From: Daphnia carinata
Lineage: Eukaryota
Assembly (NCBI RefSeq): GCF_022539665.2
Contig: NC_081331.1
Span: 9,114,001 to 9,178,000, forward strand
Length of the DNA stretch: 64,000 bases
Direction of reading: 5' to 3'
Both the position numbers and the translations under genes were made by a program. Every line of letters begins with the position of its first letter. Within the stretch, counting starts at the first letter, position 1. The notes below the pieces were generated by a model. That model made no database searches. It was given only the letters and a program-made list of their open reading frames with translations, and was not told the origin of the DNA. This document shows positions 15,001-28,517 of this stretch, one piece after another.

Positions 15001-16439
15001 TTTGCAACAAGTGATGTAATTTACGCTTCCTATTTTTAGAGCATAATTACCCTAGCACTCGCACGACACCCTATTTCGTATTTCAGTCACTGTCAAATAT
15101 TTGGTGAGAAATACCTACAATGAGTACTGTACCTGTTATATTATATTTGCACGTGAGTGTGTGCTCGAAGCATTAAACAAAAACTCAAAAGGCTTTTCAA
15201 TGCTCAGTTTAGTTCCTTTGGTGCTATTTTCATCGAGCAAACATACCAAAACCGCACAATTCAAGTAACATGATAAAGGTTCAAGTGTTCAACCCGACGC
15301 TTGAAACCGAGAATTATTCTGTGATTAAAAAACAAAATCATCGACAAAAATCATGTGATGTTAGTCACGCGATTCTTATACATAGATTTACTTAGACGCG
15401 TAGAGTAGTACTTACTTATACACATAGATTTCTTATCGGTCAAGTGATCAATAAGAAAGCGATGTGAACTCATGGTCTTCTCCATGAAACTCATGTTGGC
15501 ACACAAAGAGAACTCCTTGAAAAAAAAAAACAACCATTTTTTTCTGCGTTTTTGATTTGGCTCCAATTGAATGCAATTTTATAAAATGATAATAATGTTT
15601 TCTAATATTGACAAAATAATTTTCTGCACCGTGTATCGCCCATATTTGATGGATGGAGTACGATGTTCCCGAATTCATGAAGACCGCAGCCGAGCACTAT
15701 TAGAGGCAATGAAAAAAGACCGCATCGCAGCAAAAGAAATAATTGCTTTGCATGCATTATATTCTATACTCTATGCTTTGCATCGGTTTTCATGGCTGAA
15801 CTTTGTTAATAAAGTATTCGCCCGAGGGGCAGTTCGCCTCATATAGCTAGAGTTATATGTGGCAAGGAATGACGTGTTTCACAAACACGAAGAAAGGGAA
15901 ACGAAAGAAACAGTCACGAGAGATACAAGAATAGGGGTTTGGGTTTTTTAATTAACTACTGTTTCGTCTATTACACTAATCGTAAAACGTCGATTGTACT
16001 ATAGGCTTTTGGAGCGCTTTACAAATTACGTGTTTACCCTCCAGGAAGTTTTTTTAGAACATTAAAGTGTTCACAAATAATGCAATACCTAGTATGTAAT
16101 ACATATGTTTGATGCAAAATCAAACCACAGCCAAACGAACACTTGTTTTAACAAAGAAAAGGGTATGTTGAAGAAGCGAAAAGAGGTGTAGTCTGAACAT
16201 AGCTTAAGACCAATCACTCAACGAAAATTTCCCTCTAAAATTTTTTTCAAAAAAGAATAAAAAAGACACAGAAGGCGCATTCTATTTGTCTTATTTTGGC
16301 GAGTGAAAACAGAATTGTCGGGTTAACTAGCCGATGGCAACCCAATGTTCGAAGACAGACACGTCTACTTCGACGAGCCAAACTTTCTCGTGTAAATTAT
16401 ATATACATCCTTCTCTTACAGATTCTTCAGGTAGTGGAG

Positions 16440-16820
16440 TTTCACGTTCGACGTTTTGCTATTTCTGCCCGTTAATTTTCTCCTGTTTTTGCCCGTTTAC
16501 CTTTGCATTCCGTCCTCCTGATCACTGTTTCAGATTGCCAAACAGCACGTTTTCCCTGCCCGTCGACCCTCCCGTCTCACCCCGTAAAAACGCAGCTGTG
16601 CCAGCCTGTCGACCTCTTAGTTTATTTGGCTGCGGATTCGCTGACTATCTCTATCAGTCGACCTACTCATTGTCTTTATACGTTAACCGATGCCTTACAT
16701 CTGCCCGTCAAATTGCTTTTGTTTTAATAACAATCTTCTTTTATATATGCTCGCCAAAATTCGTTTTTTACGCCCGTCGTGCCGCTCACTGTCTCCGTTT
16801 CTACTTGTTGACCGGGGGGA
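16440..16820. repeat. Degenerate minisatellite of the (C)TGCCCGTCGACC motif; probable fragment of the Helitron family at 54.5-56 kb
   Basis: Repeated ctgcccgtt/ctgcccgtcgaccc/cctgtcgacct units, the same motif as the array at 54640-55800. Confidence 0.55.
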
Positions 16821-19324
16821 TACAGGGATTGTAATACACACATATACAAAGGGACAGAAGTTTCCTTGTTTCTGTTAAGGACGGATGATAACATACTGGA
16901 CTTTATATTTCATCGGTTAGCCCTGAAATAAAGGAGTAGTAGTTAATCAAACTCTAATTTAAAGTTTTTGTGTAAGCTTTCATGGCCGAGAGATGTTGCT
17001 AATGGAGTAACACATAGAAAACTAAAGGTAAAGGTCGCTTAGGAATTTAAAGTCTTGAGGTTGAGGCTATTAAAAAAAATGCGAGAAGTATCCAGTTTGC
17101 TGCTGTTGCCATAGTTTCCGTGCTTCAATAGCATGAGTTGAATGAGGCGTACTAAAGCCTACAGATCCATGTTAATTTAGTAATCTCAATCGTGTGCAAG
17201 AAAAGGCCAACACGATCAACAAAATATAAAAAAAAGAATCTCGTGTTTAAAAATTATTTCTACAAAAGAAAATTTCCTATATAAAGTAGAACGTAGAAAA
17301 TACGTAAAACTGGGAATGGAAATACGTACGTTTTGGAACTTTAAACGGTCGATTCAAAGACAATTACAAAAAACACGATCGCTTAAAGGATATCACCGAA
17401 ATGCATGCGATCCCAAACATAAGAGTTTTTCCGGAAAATCGGTTGATGCAGCCAAAAATGTACAAATTTGAAGCAAAGAAATTGGCGCATTTCATGTAAA
17501 AAAAATATTAAGAAATACCTTCAAAAATAAAAAAAGTGATTTAAACACACAAAAAGATTGTTTCGCATTAGCGTAAATACAGAACAATAAAAAAAAAAGA
17601 ATGAAAATAAAATTTTGGAAACCGTTCCGAGATCGTCTATGTTCGGGATTGGAGGTACGTCGCTAACACCCGGAATTTGGTTCAAATCCACGGATTTTTA
17701 TTTCATTCAAAAGTAATCAGCCGTTCAGCTAAAAACAAAAAACAAAAATTTAAAGTTTGTGTGACGTAGCGCCGTAGAATCCCAGTTAAAAGCGCCAAAA
17801 ATTGGCGAGGGATTTCTAATGTTTGGTGAATGCCGCACCACCACATCGGAACGTCCCCAACGTTATTGTGTCGTTGCACTTCGCCCTTCAAACATGAACT
17901 GTTAAGTAAGTTCTGTCTTTCCGTACTTATTACGTTATGATTTTATGTCAGGTGGTGCACAAATAGGACAGTATTTCTGTTCCTGTGCGGTTCTTTCCAA
18001 AGCTGACTTATGTTGCTTAGCTTGGATGGCCTGTTTTACGTTTGAAAATCAATATTTCATTAATTAATGTATAGATTTCGTTAATAACTGCGATGTTCTT
18101 TGCTCCTGGGCGTCGCATTTGCTTGTCCATGCATTCTATTCAGAATGATTGAACAGTAAATCAACCAGGGTCAATTACGGAATCATTTGGAGTCTAGGTT
18201 TACAGCGAGTCCGAAATTGTGCAATTCTAGATGACACCGGAAAATACCTCGGTTTCTTAGTACGTTCGGAGACGTGTATAGACCTATCTTCTTCGTGTGG
18301 GCACTTTTCCTGGTAATCTAACGTTACAGCTTTTGCATATGTCTACCATTATTTTACTTCGCTGTTTAACCACCACGATTTTAACAGAATAACTGTTTTT
18401 AAGTAGCACCAGATAACCCACCGTTTCGATAAAAACATGAATGATGATACAACATTTTGCATGGTTTAAAAAGTTGAAATCGTGAGCTGAACTGTGTTGC
18501 GTCGATCGTTCACGAAGGAGAATATTAGCTGGTGATTATCACTATTTAATCACAGAAACGTAAAAATAATGTTTTGTTATCATGACATGAGAGTAAATAC
18601 TGGTCGAACGGTCTAATTTAGGAGCAGAAGCATTTTTCTTTATTGTATCAAAATTTTAACTTAAAAACAAGATTGTATGCCACAAGTCATTGCCGCAAAT
18701 AGCGCAATTTTACATTTCGTACCTTCAGATATGATTCCATATTAGCCAGAACGGGGTGGCAACAATAAGTAGTTTTTGTTAACGGTTCCACGATTCTGTT
18801 GACTACTTCAAAAACAAGTTGTACGGTAACGAAAAAAGTGCCATAAAGGTATACTAGCTAACTTAACCTATCTGTAAGCGTATCTATTTCTATATGGCAT
18901 AACAAAAAACATTTAGGTAGTGATGTGTTAAGCGAGGTATTAAAATAATGTGTTTGTCGTTCAGCAGACGTAGGCTGTTAGAACTTCCGCTTCTGCTAAA
19001 TTTTTTAAGATAAAACAACAAAGATGACAGCAAACTTTAAAGACAAATTCCAGCCAACTTCCCGGCTGATCTCTGATTTGTAGGAAGCAAAGAAAAAAAG
19101 ACAAATAGGTAAAAGAAAAGGAAAAAAAAATTATAATAACTTTTGAATTCTAACGTTTTCAACATTTTCAAATCACTATAATCTCGGGTGCAAATACAGC
19201 AACATTTTTGAAATCTTTGCGGATCGCCGTATGTGAGAGATCATATACCTTCATGTGTTGTGGGAGTTGTTTTTTATATGCCCGATAATGCGAAAAGATT
19301 ACCAAATGTCAAAAAACGACCCGA

Positions 19325-19525
19325 CTAAGTTCCTTTGCTGATGAACTGATGACACAAGATTTGGCCATTTGCACAACACGATGCGTTGATAAAAGCTGAA
19401 GAAGGTGATGCACACAATTCCGGAGCAGGGCGTGCAGAAAAGATTTTCGTAACGGCTTCCACAGATTTTGGCTTCCACAAACAGACCAAAATCAAAAATA
19501 ACACAAAATTCATTAAATGACGCAT
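19325..19525 (-). CDS. Possible small secreted Cys-containing peptide (66 aa)
   Basis: Hydrophobic N-terminus MNFVLFLILVCLWKPKSVEA ending in a V-x-A cleavage-like site, then ELC...SCC...LC. Upstream minus-strand donor (GG|GTAAGT near 19867) and acceptor (TTTTGACAG near 19600) would make a 5'UTR intron. No family recognised. Confidence 0.3.
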   Translation of the reverse strand: MRHLMNFVLFLILVCLWKPKSVEAVTKIFSARPAPELCASPSSAFINASCCANGQILCHQFISKGT

Positions 19526-22500
19526 CCAGTATGTCTCACAACCAAATGGTTGTGATAGACTAAAGAACTTTGCCGCGTGAACAGGCGTCTAAATCTTTCC
19601 TGTCAAAAGATTTGGTGTAATGTGCACAATTACGTACATTGCTCCAAAATCTAGTCTAGAACCGGGAAAGGCAACCGATGTTTCATGTATTGATAATGAA
19701 ATGGTGGCTCTGCTTTTTTCAGGTTTTCCCCGTCAAGAATCGGATACAGTTTGCTGAGATGTCAGCGTGCCCTCTCCTGTTACATTGAGCCAATGGTCTA
19801 ACCGAATAACGTTTTCTAATAATCAGACGGAAAATAATGTTAGTCAATATAAGTGTTTTATACTTACCCGTGGATGGGGAATCGATTCAAACATCGTAGA
19901 GGAAAAGTGGGGCACGAAACAATTTTAAAAATTGTGTTTTCCATGAATTAAAATGTGGAATGCTGGTGATTTTAGCTACTAAATTTCATGTGATTTCAGC
20001 AGTTGTAAGCTGATTCGAAGTTAGTTATGAAAATGAAGAAGCACATCCCATGTTTGTTGCCACCATGACGAGGCCATTGAACTAAAAACTGAAAGCACGC
20101 TTTTCCCACAAACACTTTATGCCTGAAGATCATGAGTAATAGAGGCGCTTTTTAAATGAAATTAAAAAATTCACCGTAGCGTAAAAGTGGAAATTGCGTT
20201 AAAACTTTTTCAAATTTCCATCTTCTCGTTCATAAAATAATTTTCTTACTTTTTACTAGGAAAAAGGTGTTCCAACACAGTGATCTATTTGCATCACACA
20301 TAGATGTTAACAACGTTCGATTGTTTTTTTGTTTTTGTTTGTTTTTTTTTTCAATGAAACAAAGTTTCGAATACAAATGTTGCTATCAGTTGTGGAAAAA
20401 CGAATACTGATATTTTTTTCAATAACTACTTAATTATTTTCTATATCTCAAGTTGAGAACATTTGAAAATCGTTTAGGCTAAATACGCTTAAACGAGTTT
20501 GAGAATTTCCCGTTATTTTGGGTTTTTTCCTTATCGACAAACTTTTGAATTATAAGTAAAAATGAAAACCTATCTTTGGAATCTTAAGCCGAATTCGTGA
20601 CAAATGTTCTAACACGGACGCTCTCGAAAACCCCTACTAAAAACACACTACTATGGAGATTGCTCGCCTACTTCGTGAGAACTCTTAATTTACAAGTCCA
20701 CAGGATAAAATGAACTACGTGCCAATCAAAGTTTCTAGAAAATATTCCACGTCAACAGTTTGGCACTCCTAACATGCCAGTGGCAATGACGCTGTTTCCC
20801 AGAAGGCAATATTTCATCTTTTTTAATCTCTTGAAAGAAGCCCAATGCAATTTGATAAATGTATCAACCTGATACTGTTACAACCTTGCTAACAACGCCT
20901 AAAATTGTTTTATTGATGACGTGAAATTGATAGCCTATGGGTTGGACCACTTGATTCATACGACTGATGTGAGACATTTTGCGTCAAATAAAAACAATTA
21001 ATTTTCCTAGATCACTATTATTTAGTTGGTGTCTGTTGTCAGGACGCAAATGAATATTTTAAGCTAAGTTTACTTTCAATGACTTTAAAATTGAGTGATG
21101 CAAACTAGCTATCAGTCAAGGGAACTATTACCAAACTATAATGAGTCGACGAATTTCGTATTTTCCAAATCAAGATATTATTACTATTTATTACTATTGT
21201 TCTAATTTATATGAATGTTCACATAATACAAAGAAAATTAGTTGTTTAACACAAAAATCCGGAATTTTCACTTCGGTTAAACGCAAGCAGTTTTTCAAGT
21301 TTCCTACCAGATTTCTTAATTATTTTGAATTTGAGCTAGAATATTAACATTAGGACCACACTGTGGACCCCGTACACTTAGGGCTCGAGTTGCCAACCCA
21401 GCAATAGTTACTACTTATTTCAACTTATATTTTGCTTTGGTACTTTAAAGGCACGAATCAGAGAGCAATGGCAGACTCAATCCTAAAACTATTTTACTCT
21501 CTACAAATATTTTTTAAATGCATGTACAGAAGTCCTCTACCTCATCAAAACACCCCAACTTACACGGCTCGTGCAGATTCCACGCAATAACGGCGTCGTA
21601 GAGAATTACCATTTTACAGGTAAATAGATTCCACGTCAGATACTGTCTGAAAATGCAATTTTAGAAAAGTTCCACCGACAAAACAAGATTTGTAAGATTT
21701 TTGTTAGATATACAAAAAAGCAGGGAGAACTGCAGGATGACTATGCATTGTTTTGTGAATTCTGCTGCGCGAACCTGATCCAAGTATTTTTCTCAATTGA
21801 GTTCAAAAAGAGAATCAAGCACGAAAAATACATTATGTTTTTAATTGTTCGTTGAGCGAAACTCCTTCCCCGTCCCACCATTTTTGTGGTGGGAGTAAGG
21901 GGACAATGATATTTTTATTCTCGGTGATTTTACGAGTATGTCTCCATTACTAATTGCTTATTTTGTCCACAAGAATACTAATAATGGTCTGAAGTTTTCC
22001 CATTTTCTTCTTGTTTTTAGGATTCATGTCTCCGGACAAGATAATGCGAATGAATTGCTGACATTCGAGTTCGTCCTGTACGTACATGAAATTTGGTACT
22101 GGAGAACCTTCGTAAAGTTCTTTTTTTTTTTAAACAATACAAGGAACGATAAAAAGACCCCAGCAATCTGAAAGAATCCAGTTTCGTTCCAAAGAATGAC
22201 TGCTAATGTTCAGCATACAACCCCCCTATTTGATAAGCAAACACTGCCTATTACTTTGCAGAAAACTTCAACGTTCAACATGAGTAACGGCAACTGTTCG
22301 TAAAAAATCTTTCAGTTTTGAAAATGCCAATCTCTTGAGAATTAATGTCATCAATTGGATTTTTTTTATGTGCGGCAAAGATGGCATTTGTACATGCCTC
22401 GAATTTCTAGGAATCAATCGACCGACCAGCTTTCTGAAAAGTTTTGGAAAGTGGCGTTAAATAGGTCAAACGTTTTTCCCTAGCACACATCAAGTGCTAT

Positions 22501-23704
22501 GATAAACCCTTAAAGTCTTTCCCTCCAAGGCCAATAAATGGATACAGCTATGCCAAACCAAAAATTCAGGGGTGTGAAGTAAACAGAAAAATACACGCAG
22601 ACCGAAAGATGAGTATGAAGTGGGAGGGGAAAAAACAAATACGGAGATCGATAAACAGGTTAGAAGTAATTTTAAAGAACCTCTAATATGAATCCAATAG
22701 GATACAGTTCATTTGCAAGCTGATGCGTAACTAAACTCGTTTGACGAAGACATGAGCATTGAGTGTTTCTCTTCACTTTTAAGCTTTAAATTCTATGGTG
22801 TGATCAGGGTTTCCTACGTAAAATCAAAGAGTGGCGTTATCTGGTCCAAGCCAAAGTGCGGGCAGGGCATACAATTTTTTTAAAGCAGCTTAGCCACTTG
22901 CAAACACATTTTCCGTTGAGAAGGGCTTCTGATATTTGCTACAAGGAACGATCTGCGCGCGCATAGACATTCGTCACAGAAAAATGTCTACTGCATAAAA
23001 CCATGAAGTTAGGAACTGTTTCAAGATGTTTGGAATATCAATGAGAAGTTGTTTAATCTCGTACGTTTGATGTCGAATCATCACAGGAGCGGAAACGTTT
23101 TACGTCTCGTTACTTTCTTCTTTGAATTGCCAATCCCTCGTATAAAATCTTTGCGCCACTGGCATGGAAATTTGTTTCGTTAAGGAGATTTTTTTTCTTT
23201 TTTTTTTATATTTTTGAAAGAAGAGGCACACAAGAAAGATGATCTTCTACAGGTCATCGATTTTGTGTGTAGTACACATTTTACCAACAAAACCAATCAA
23301 AGTCATGTTTTAAAAATTAGTTTGGATTGGTTGGGATGGCAGATATAAGTGAGGACAATTAAGAAATCAAAACACCAAGAGTCGAACGACTTACAAAAAA
23401 GGCAATAATAATAAAAAAAAGGAGGGAAAACGAGGAAGAGAAAGAGAGATAGAAAGAAAAAAAAAGAAAAGAAAAAGACAACAGCTTGTCTCAGATTTAA
23501 CCTGAGAAACGGAACTAATTCAAGCAGAGGTTTAATGTCGTAAAAAAAATAAAGAAAAAGGAACATAATGATTTTTTTAAAATGTTTGTTTTCGAAATTT
23601 TTTTTTGTCTTTTTCTTTTTTTTTAAGATTTGCACGAGATTTGTTTTGATGCCTTTCAAGAATAGGCTGAAAGTAAGTCAGGAGAGTATCGTTTAACCAA
23701 ACTC

Positions 23705-26376
23705 TCAAAAACGGCGACGCTTGGCCAGGAAATCCTCGCGCTCGCGCTCGTTGGGGCGGCCCCAACGCGGAGTAGAGAGCACTCCGTGTGGTGGGCCGCG
23801 CTGTGGCATGTTTCCCATGTTGCTGTTAGGACCATCCATACGACCCCCAATGGGCATGTTGTTAAACATCGGAGGCGGCTCCAAAGGCCGCTGCTCAAAT
23901 GAGTTGTGGAACGGCTTATTTTCCTTAATTAGATAACAATATAGGGACGTCCCCATAAGTCTTAAGATAAAACAAATTGTCAGCCACACAGCTGTGTTCC
24001 TCCACTCCCTCCCAATAAGAATCAAAGGTTACGAGTGGTAGAAAACAAACATTTACATTTGACAACGAATCAGTCATCGAGAAAACAAGAGGAAGACTTC
24101 TAAGAATACCAAGTCGCTTCGTCAAAATAATGGCTGTTCTTTCACTGAGTGTGATTCCCTACACTAGCAGCCATAATAAAACGACGCGCATAATACCCTT
24201 GACCGCATAGGGTACCGGGTTGGATTTCAATTTCAAGACAAATCTTCCGAAGAAAATTCTCGGAGATTCAATGGTACAGACTGGCCATTACCCTTCCAAT
24301 TTCAAACAAATAGTAGCGTTCTCTGTAGCGTTCTCTCTATCTAGGTAAACTCTGCTGTCATAAATTAGAGCTCTGGTCTAGATTGCAATAGAGGCCTACA
24401 AAACAATGGAAGTCTTATCAAAAAGGCTTTTCAATAAAACCCTAAGCTTAGTTGGTTCACTCCCTATTTCACAGTTTCGTCAAATAAACCTTGACCCGAA
24501 CAGAAAAGAGGCGATTTTTGTGGCTGATCGAAAGTATTACATAAAAACTGAATTTCGAACGGCCTGTCGGCATAGTAAAAATTGAAAAGTATTGACATAC
24601 CATTTGCAGATCCATAAGATTGTGAGGTCCATTAGCACCCATCATAGGGCGATCAAATGCGGGAGGCTGGAGAGGTCGACGAAAATCTGGGGGATTTCCC
24701 TCTGTGTTTTGCTCTTGCATGAACATATTGTTTTCTTGTTGACGCCGACGCATTTCCTCTTCCTGCTGGCGCAATCGGTGCTGCATTTCATCCTGTTGCC
24801 GACGAAGAGTTTCCTCCTCTCGTAACCTGGATTCTTCGTGTTGGCGCTCTTTCAATTCCCAGTCGCGTTTTTGTCTCTCGCGATCCTGCTCACGTAGCCT
24901 AAGTTCTACAAATGATTTGATAGTGCTGTGAGTTGTTGTGTTATTGATAAAAGAAAATAACCAATGCTTACGTTCACGAAGCAGTTCGGTTTCATGTTCA
25001 TATCGAGCATATTCCATCTGGGACACTAGCTTATCTTCTTCTATTTTCAATTCCCGTTCAACTGCATCCATCTTTTGCTTGTAAAGCTCAAGCAATTGCT
25101 TCCAACGCTGACCGTATGTAAACTGGAAGCTATTAGGCTCGGCAAATCTTGGTCCCGTCTATAAATGTCAAGAAATCGTTTTGTTAAATATCGAAATTAA
25201 AAAGAATACATTAATTTATAATACTTCGCGTTCTTTAGTGAACTCCGGTGTTTTTTTTGCAAATGCACGTTCTGAAAATCCATCTTCATCGTCTAGTTGT
25301 TCCATTGGTTCCACTACAACGGGACGTAATGACGAAGTTAGGAAAAAACAGCCATCGGTGCATCGCCGAATTGCAGCCTGGGCTCCTGGTTTGCGCACAA
25401 ATTCAACAACACCTTCATTCGTTGATTGTCCACGCTCATTGGCAACTACTATAGCTCTTTCGATCTGTAATTCAAACATGCCAAAATTGATGACGTACAC
25501 TAAAATGAAAAGCACATAATTACATCTCCGAATATGGAAAAAGCTTTTTCCAATAATTCATTTGTTACGAAGGGAGACAAATTTTTCACACGAATTGCGG
25601 CACTATGTGGGGCAGAGCGAACGCGCAACGTACGACCTTTCAAAACCTTCCCGTCCAATTCTCGTTTTGCCTTTTCGGAATTCGAACGGTAATCCTGTGA
25701 ATTTGTTTTCAATTATTTCAAACCGTCGTAAAATGAACAAAAATTTTACACTTGCCAGCCTGACAAAAGCAAAGCCCTTTTCCTTGTTCAGGAAGACTTC
25801 TGCAATTTCTCCATACGCAGAAAAATGTTCCTTTAAATCTTGCTCAACTATGTCATTTCCAAGATTTCCAACATACAGACGGCTGCGGCCTGAAAATTTA
25901 GTTTCTGTAAAGGATCTGATTGGTAGATCAGCAGTAGAATTGGACAGTGATGCAAGTTTCTCTAGTAATTGGCGATCCTTTCAATTTTGAAAAACAGTTT
26001 TCACATGTTAACTTCAAGTTTAAAACTTTTAAATCTAACTAACCTCTGACAGTTTTTGATGCCCATTACCATGAGAATTATCTTCCCATTTTTTCTCACC
26101 ATGGTTTTGGCCAACTTGATTTGCATTACGCTGAAAACGCCCAACATTGTTTCCATTTTTTCCATTTCCTTGATTGTTTCTTCCTGATTGTCCTCCTCTT
26201 CCTATGCCACCCCGACCACTCCCACGTTTTCCTCTTCCACTATTATTTCCTACAGGGGCAGTAGAACCATTGACAGAATTTTGGGGTGTAGATGTGGATG
26301 GGGTAGATGCAGCATTTGATACAGTGGAACATTCCTTTGTAAGTTTTTCCGAACTCGGCGTTTCTAGCTTCTGCAT
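23705..26376 (-). CDS. nonA: DBHS-family RNA-binding protein (NonA/Hrp65; NONO/SFPQ/PSPC1 homolog)
   Basis: Exons 26376-26044, 25977-25756, 25694-25524, 25464-25225, 25158-24972, 24905-24601, 23923-23705. RRM1 (RLYVGNL...KGFAFVRL), RRM2 ([30 protein letters not shown]), NOPS region ([16 protein letters not shown]...[21 protein letters not shown]), long R/E/Q coiled coil, N-terminal G/R/N low-complexity region, C-terminal NLS KRRRF. Confidence 0.95.
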
Positions 26377-26639
26377 GTTCTAAATACGCAAAAGAAGAAA
26401 AAACGATGATTCAGTTTTATAATGGTTCAATCTATAAACTATTCTTGAATCTTGAGAAGGGCAGATATTGACACTTCTGCCAAACCCTGTGACATATTAG
26501 AGCTGTATTTGTGAAAAAGTTCATGACACACACAACACCCACTTGTGATTCTTAACTAATAAATTTAAAATCTCACATTCGACTTGACGAAACCCAGAAT
26601 TTGTTGCTCAATTTAATATTCCTACAAACACACGAACGA

Positions 26640-26801
26640 CAAAAACGCAGTCAACACATCAAGAAATGGCGACGAATGCTTGCAACGTTGTCTAATCCAA
26701 GCAGCGTCTGGAATCCAGATAATAGAAGCATGATAGAAGTCGCTGGCAAGACGGAAGTCAGCGCCGCAGCGGGGCAGGAGAGTACGGCCGTACGGGTAAG
26801 T
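26640..26801. promoter_or_regulatory. Putative (bidirectional) promoter of the DBHS gene
   Basis: GC-richer island just upstream of a minus-strand 5'UTR exon (donor AAT|GTGAGA near 26576). Contains a YY1-like AAATGGCG (26664-26671), an ETS-like ACGGAAGT (26751) and a plus-strand donor GG|GTAAGT at 26796. Confidence 0.4.
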
Positions 26802-27180
26802 CTTCTTGTCTTAAGAATTAGATTCAGTAGGTAACGGTTCTTCTGTTTTGGTGCCCACAACTTATCTGGGGTTTCACGTCGGTGACGAAATATTAAAGCC
26901 AGTTCCATTGCCGGGTTCCAAACCCAGTTTTGCATTCCTTTTACAACTATTTGCCCGATTTTTCCTGATGATCGATCATGAGTTTTAACCATTTTCACTT
27001 TTTTGCCAGAAAAATGGCATCAGTAGGGCTCCAAGGACCCCAGTTCGCCAAAAACCAATTAACCCACGGATCGCTGCCAAACATACTCACCCATGGGCGA
27101 TTCGGGTAGACTGTTTTCCAAGATGGGTAGTCTGGGCTAGTTTGCTGGGCAAACCACGTCTCCCAACATGGTCTCAGTAC

Positions 27181-28517
27181 ATATGTACTAAGTAGTACAT
27201 AGTTGCAGATGCACTTTTTCTTATGGGGTAAATGACAAACGCGCAGGGCGTTAGTCAATTGTTTTTTTTTTTTTTAATATTGTCTGCTTGGAGTTTTTCC
27301 GGAAGTCGCGATAAAACGTGGTTTTCTACGCGGATATGTGGAATAAGATCCCTAAAATTGTAAATTAAATGAGAACCCATGAAATAAATTTGTTTAAATT
27401 ATCTTACTTAATTTTTAATACAAGACGGAATGTTGAAATTTTCTAGACACAAACAAAATGTAAATATGTACTTATAATTAAATATTTTTACACTTATTTA
27501 CACTTTTTAAAATTTGAACTTGGCGCGGTAAAAAAATGGCCGCCATAATGGTTTATCAAAAACAACTTTTTCAAACGTAATTTTTGGGGTTAAATAGCAT
27601 CTTAAAAGTAAACGTTTAGAATAACTTGTTCCTGGAATCACCAGGAACAAAAATATTATAATGATTTCCTGTTTTGACGAAGATTAAGCATCAAACAATC
27701 AATGCAAAGTTTCGTCTTTTTCACACACCCCCTCCCCTTTCTAAAATCATGAAATTCTTTAATAATTATTTATGAAGAAACTAAACAGTTAAAATTGACA
27801 AATTTTGCATCAATCGATAGCTCTTATCAAGAGCTATCTAATTCTATGAAATTTATGTTAAATTTTCAGAAAAGGAAAGAGTTTAAGTGTAACATCTATT
27901 TTTTTATTTTTATCGGTTGCGTCCATTAGAACCTTAGATCGAAAAACAACAAAAACACATTTTGCGCTTAAAATTTTTTCGATTTGAAAATATTGATTAC
28001 AATTACCTAAAAATGGATAGCCCTTACCAAGGGCTATCGATTTATATTATATTTATATTATTTATGTATTAAATCAGCGAATATCATAATTAATTTTGCT
28101 GACAAATAATTAAAAAATTGTTTCTCTTATATTCCTTTATTTCAATTACTATAACTATTGTACATACATATAATAGTAATATATATATTATAATTGTATG
28201 TATAAATATATAAATATAATTGTACGTATGTATAAATATATATGTATAATTTGTAATATACTGTATATATGTGTATTTATTATATTGTAGTATTTATGTA
28301 CATTATCATAATATTGTAAATATAAATTTATATAAACCTAATTCATGTTATTCGCTTCGAAAAAAATTAAGACATGCGCTACACGCATTTTTGTTTAACT
28401 AGTTTAACTTTAACGGTTTAACCATTAAAGCAACCAAATCAAAGCCCTAGAGGCGACAACACACACTTTCCCCATAAAGAAAACTGTAGGCGCGATTATG
28501 TACTAAGTAGTACATAT
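27181..28517. mobile_element. Non-autonomous TIR DNA transposon (MITE-like, ~1.3 kb) between nonA and csw
   Basis: Imperfect ~55-bp terminal inverted repeats (atatgtactaagtagtacata...ttttcttatggggtaaatg vs cactttccccataaagaaaa...tatgtactaagtagtacatat). Internal hairpins gatagctcttatcaagagctatc and gatagcccttaccaagggctatc. AT-rich with no ORF. Confidence 0.65.

Noticed and set aside
17630..17700. GGTTCAAATCC B-box suggesting a tRNA or SINE
   Set aside because: No convincing A-box or cloverleaf could be built; at most a degenerate remnant.
20600..22200. Scattered exon-like blocks (for example 21530-21619, 22021-22112)
   Set aside because: They could not be joined into a consistent reading frame and no protein family was recognised.
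23303..23659. Hydrophobic 118-aa ORF
   Set aside because: Produced by poly-T/poly-A low-complexity sequence in the nonA 3'UTR.
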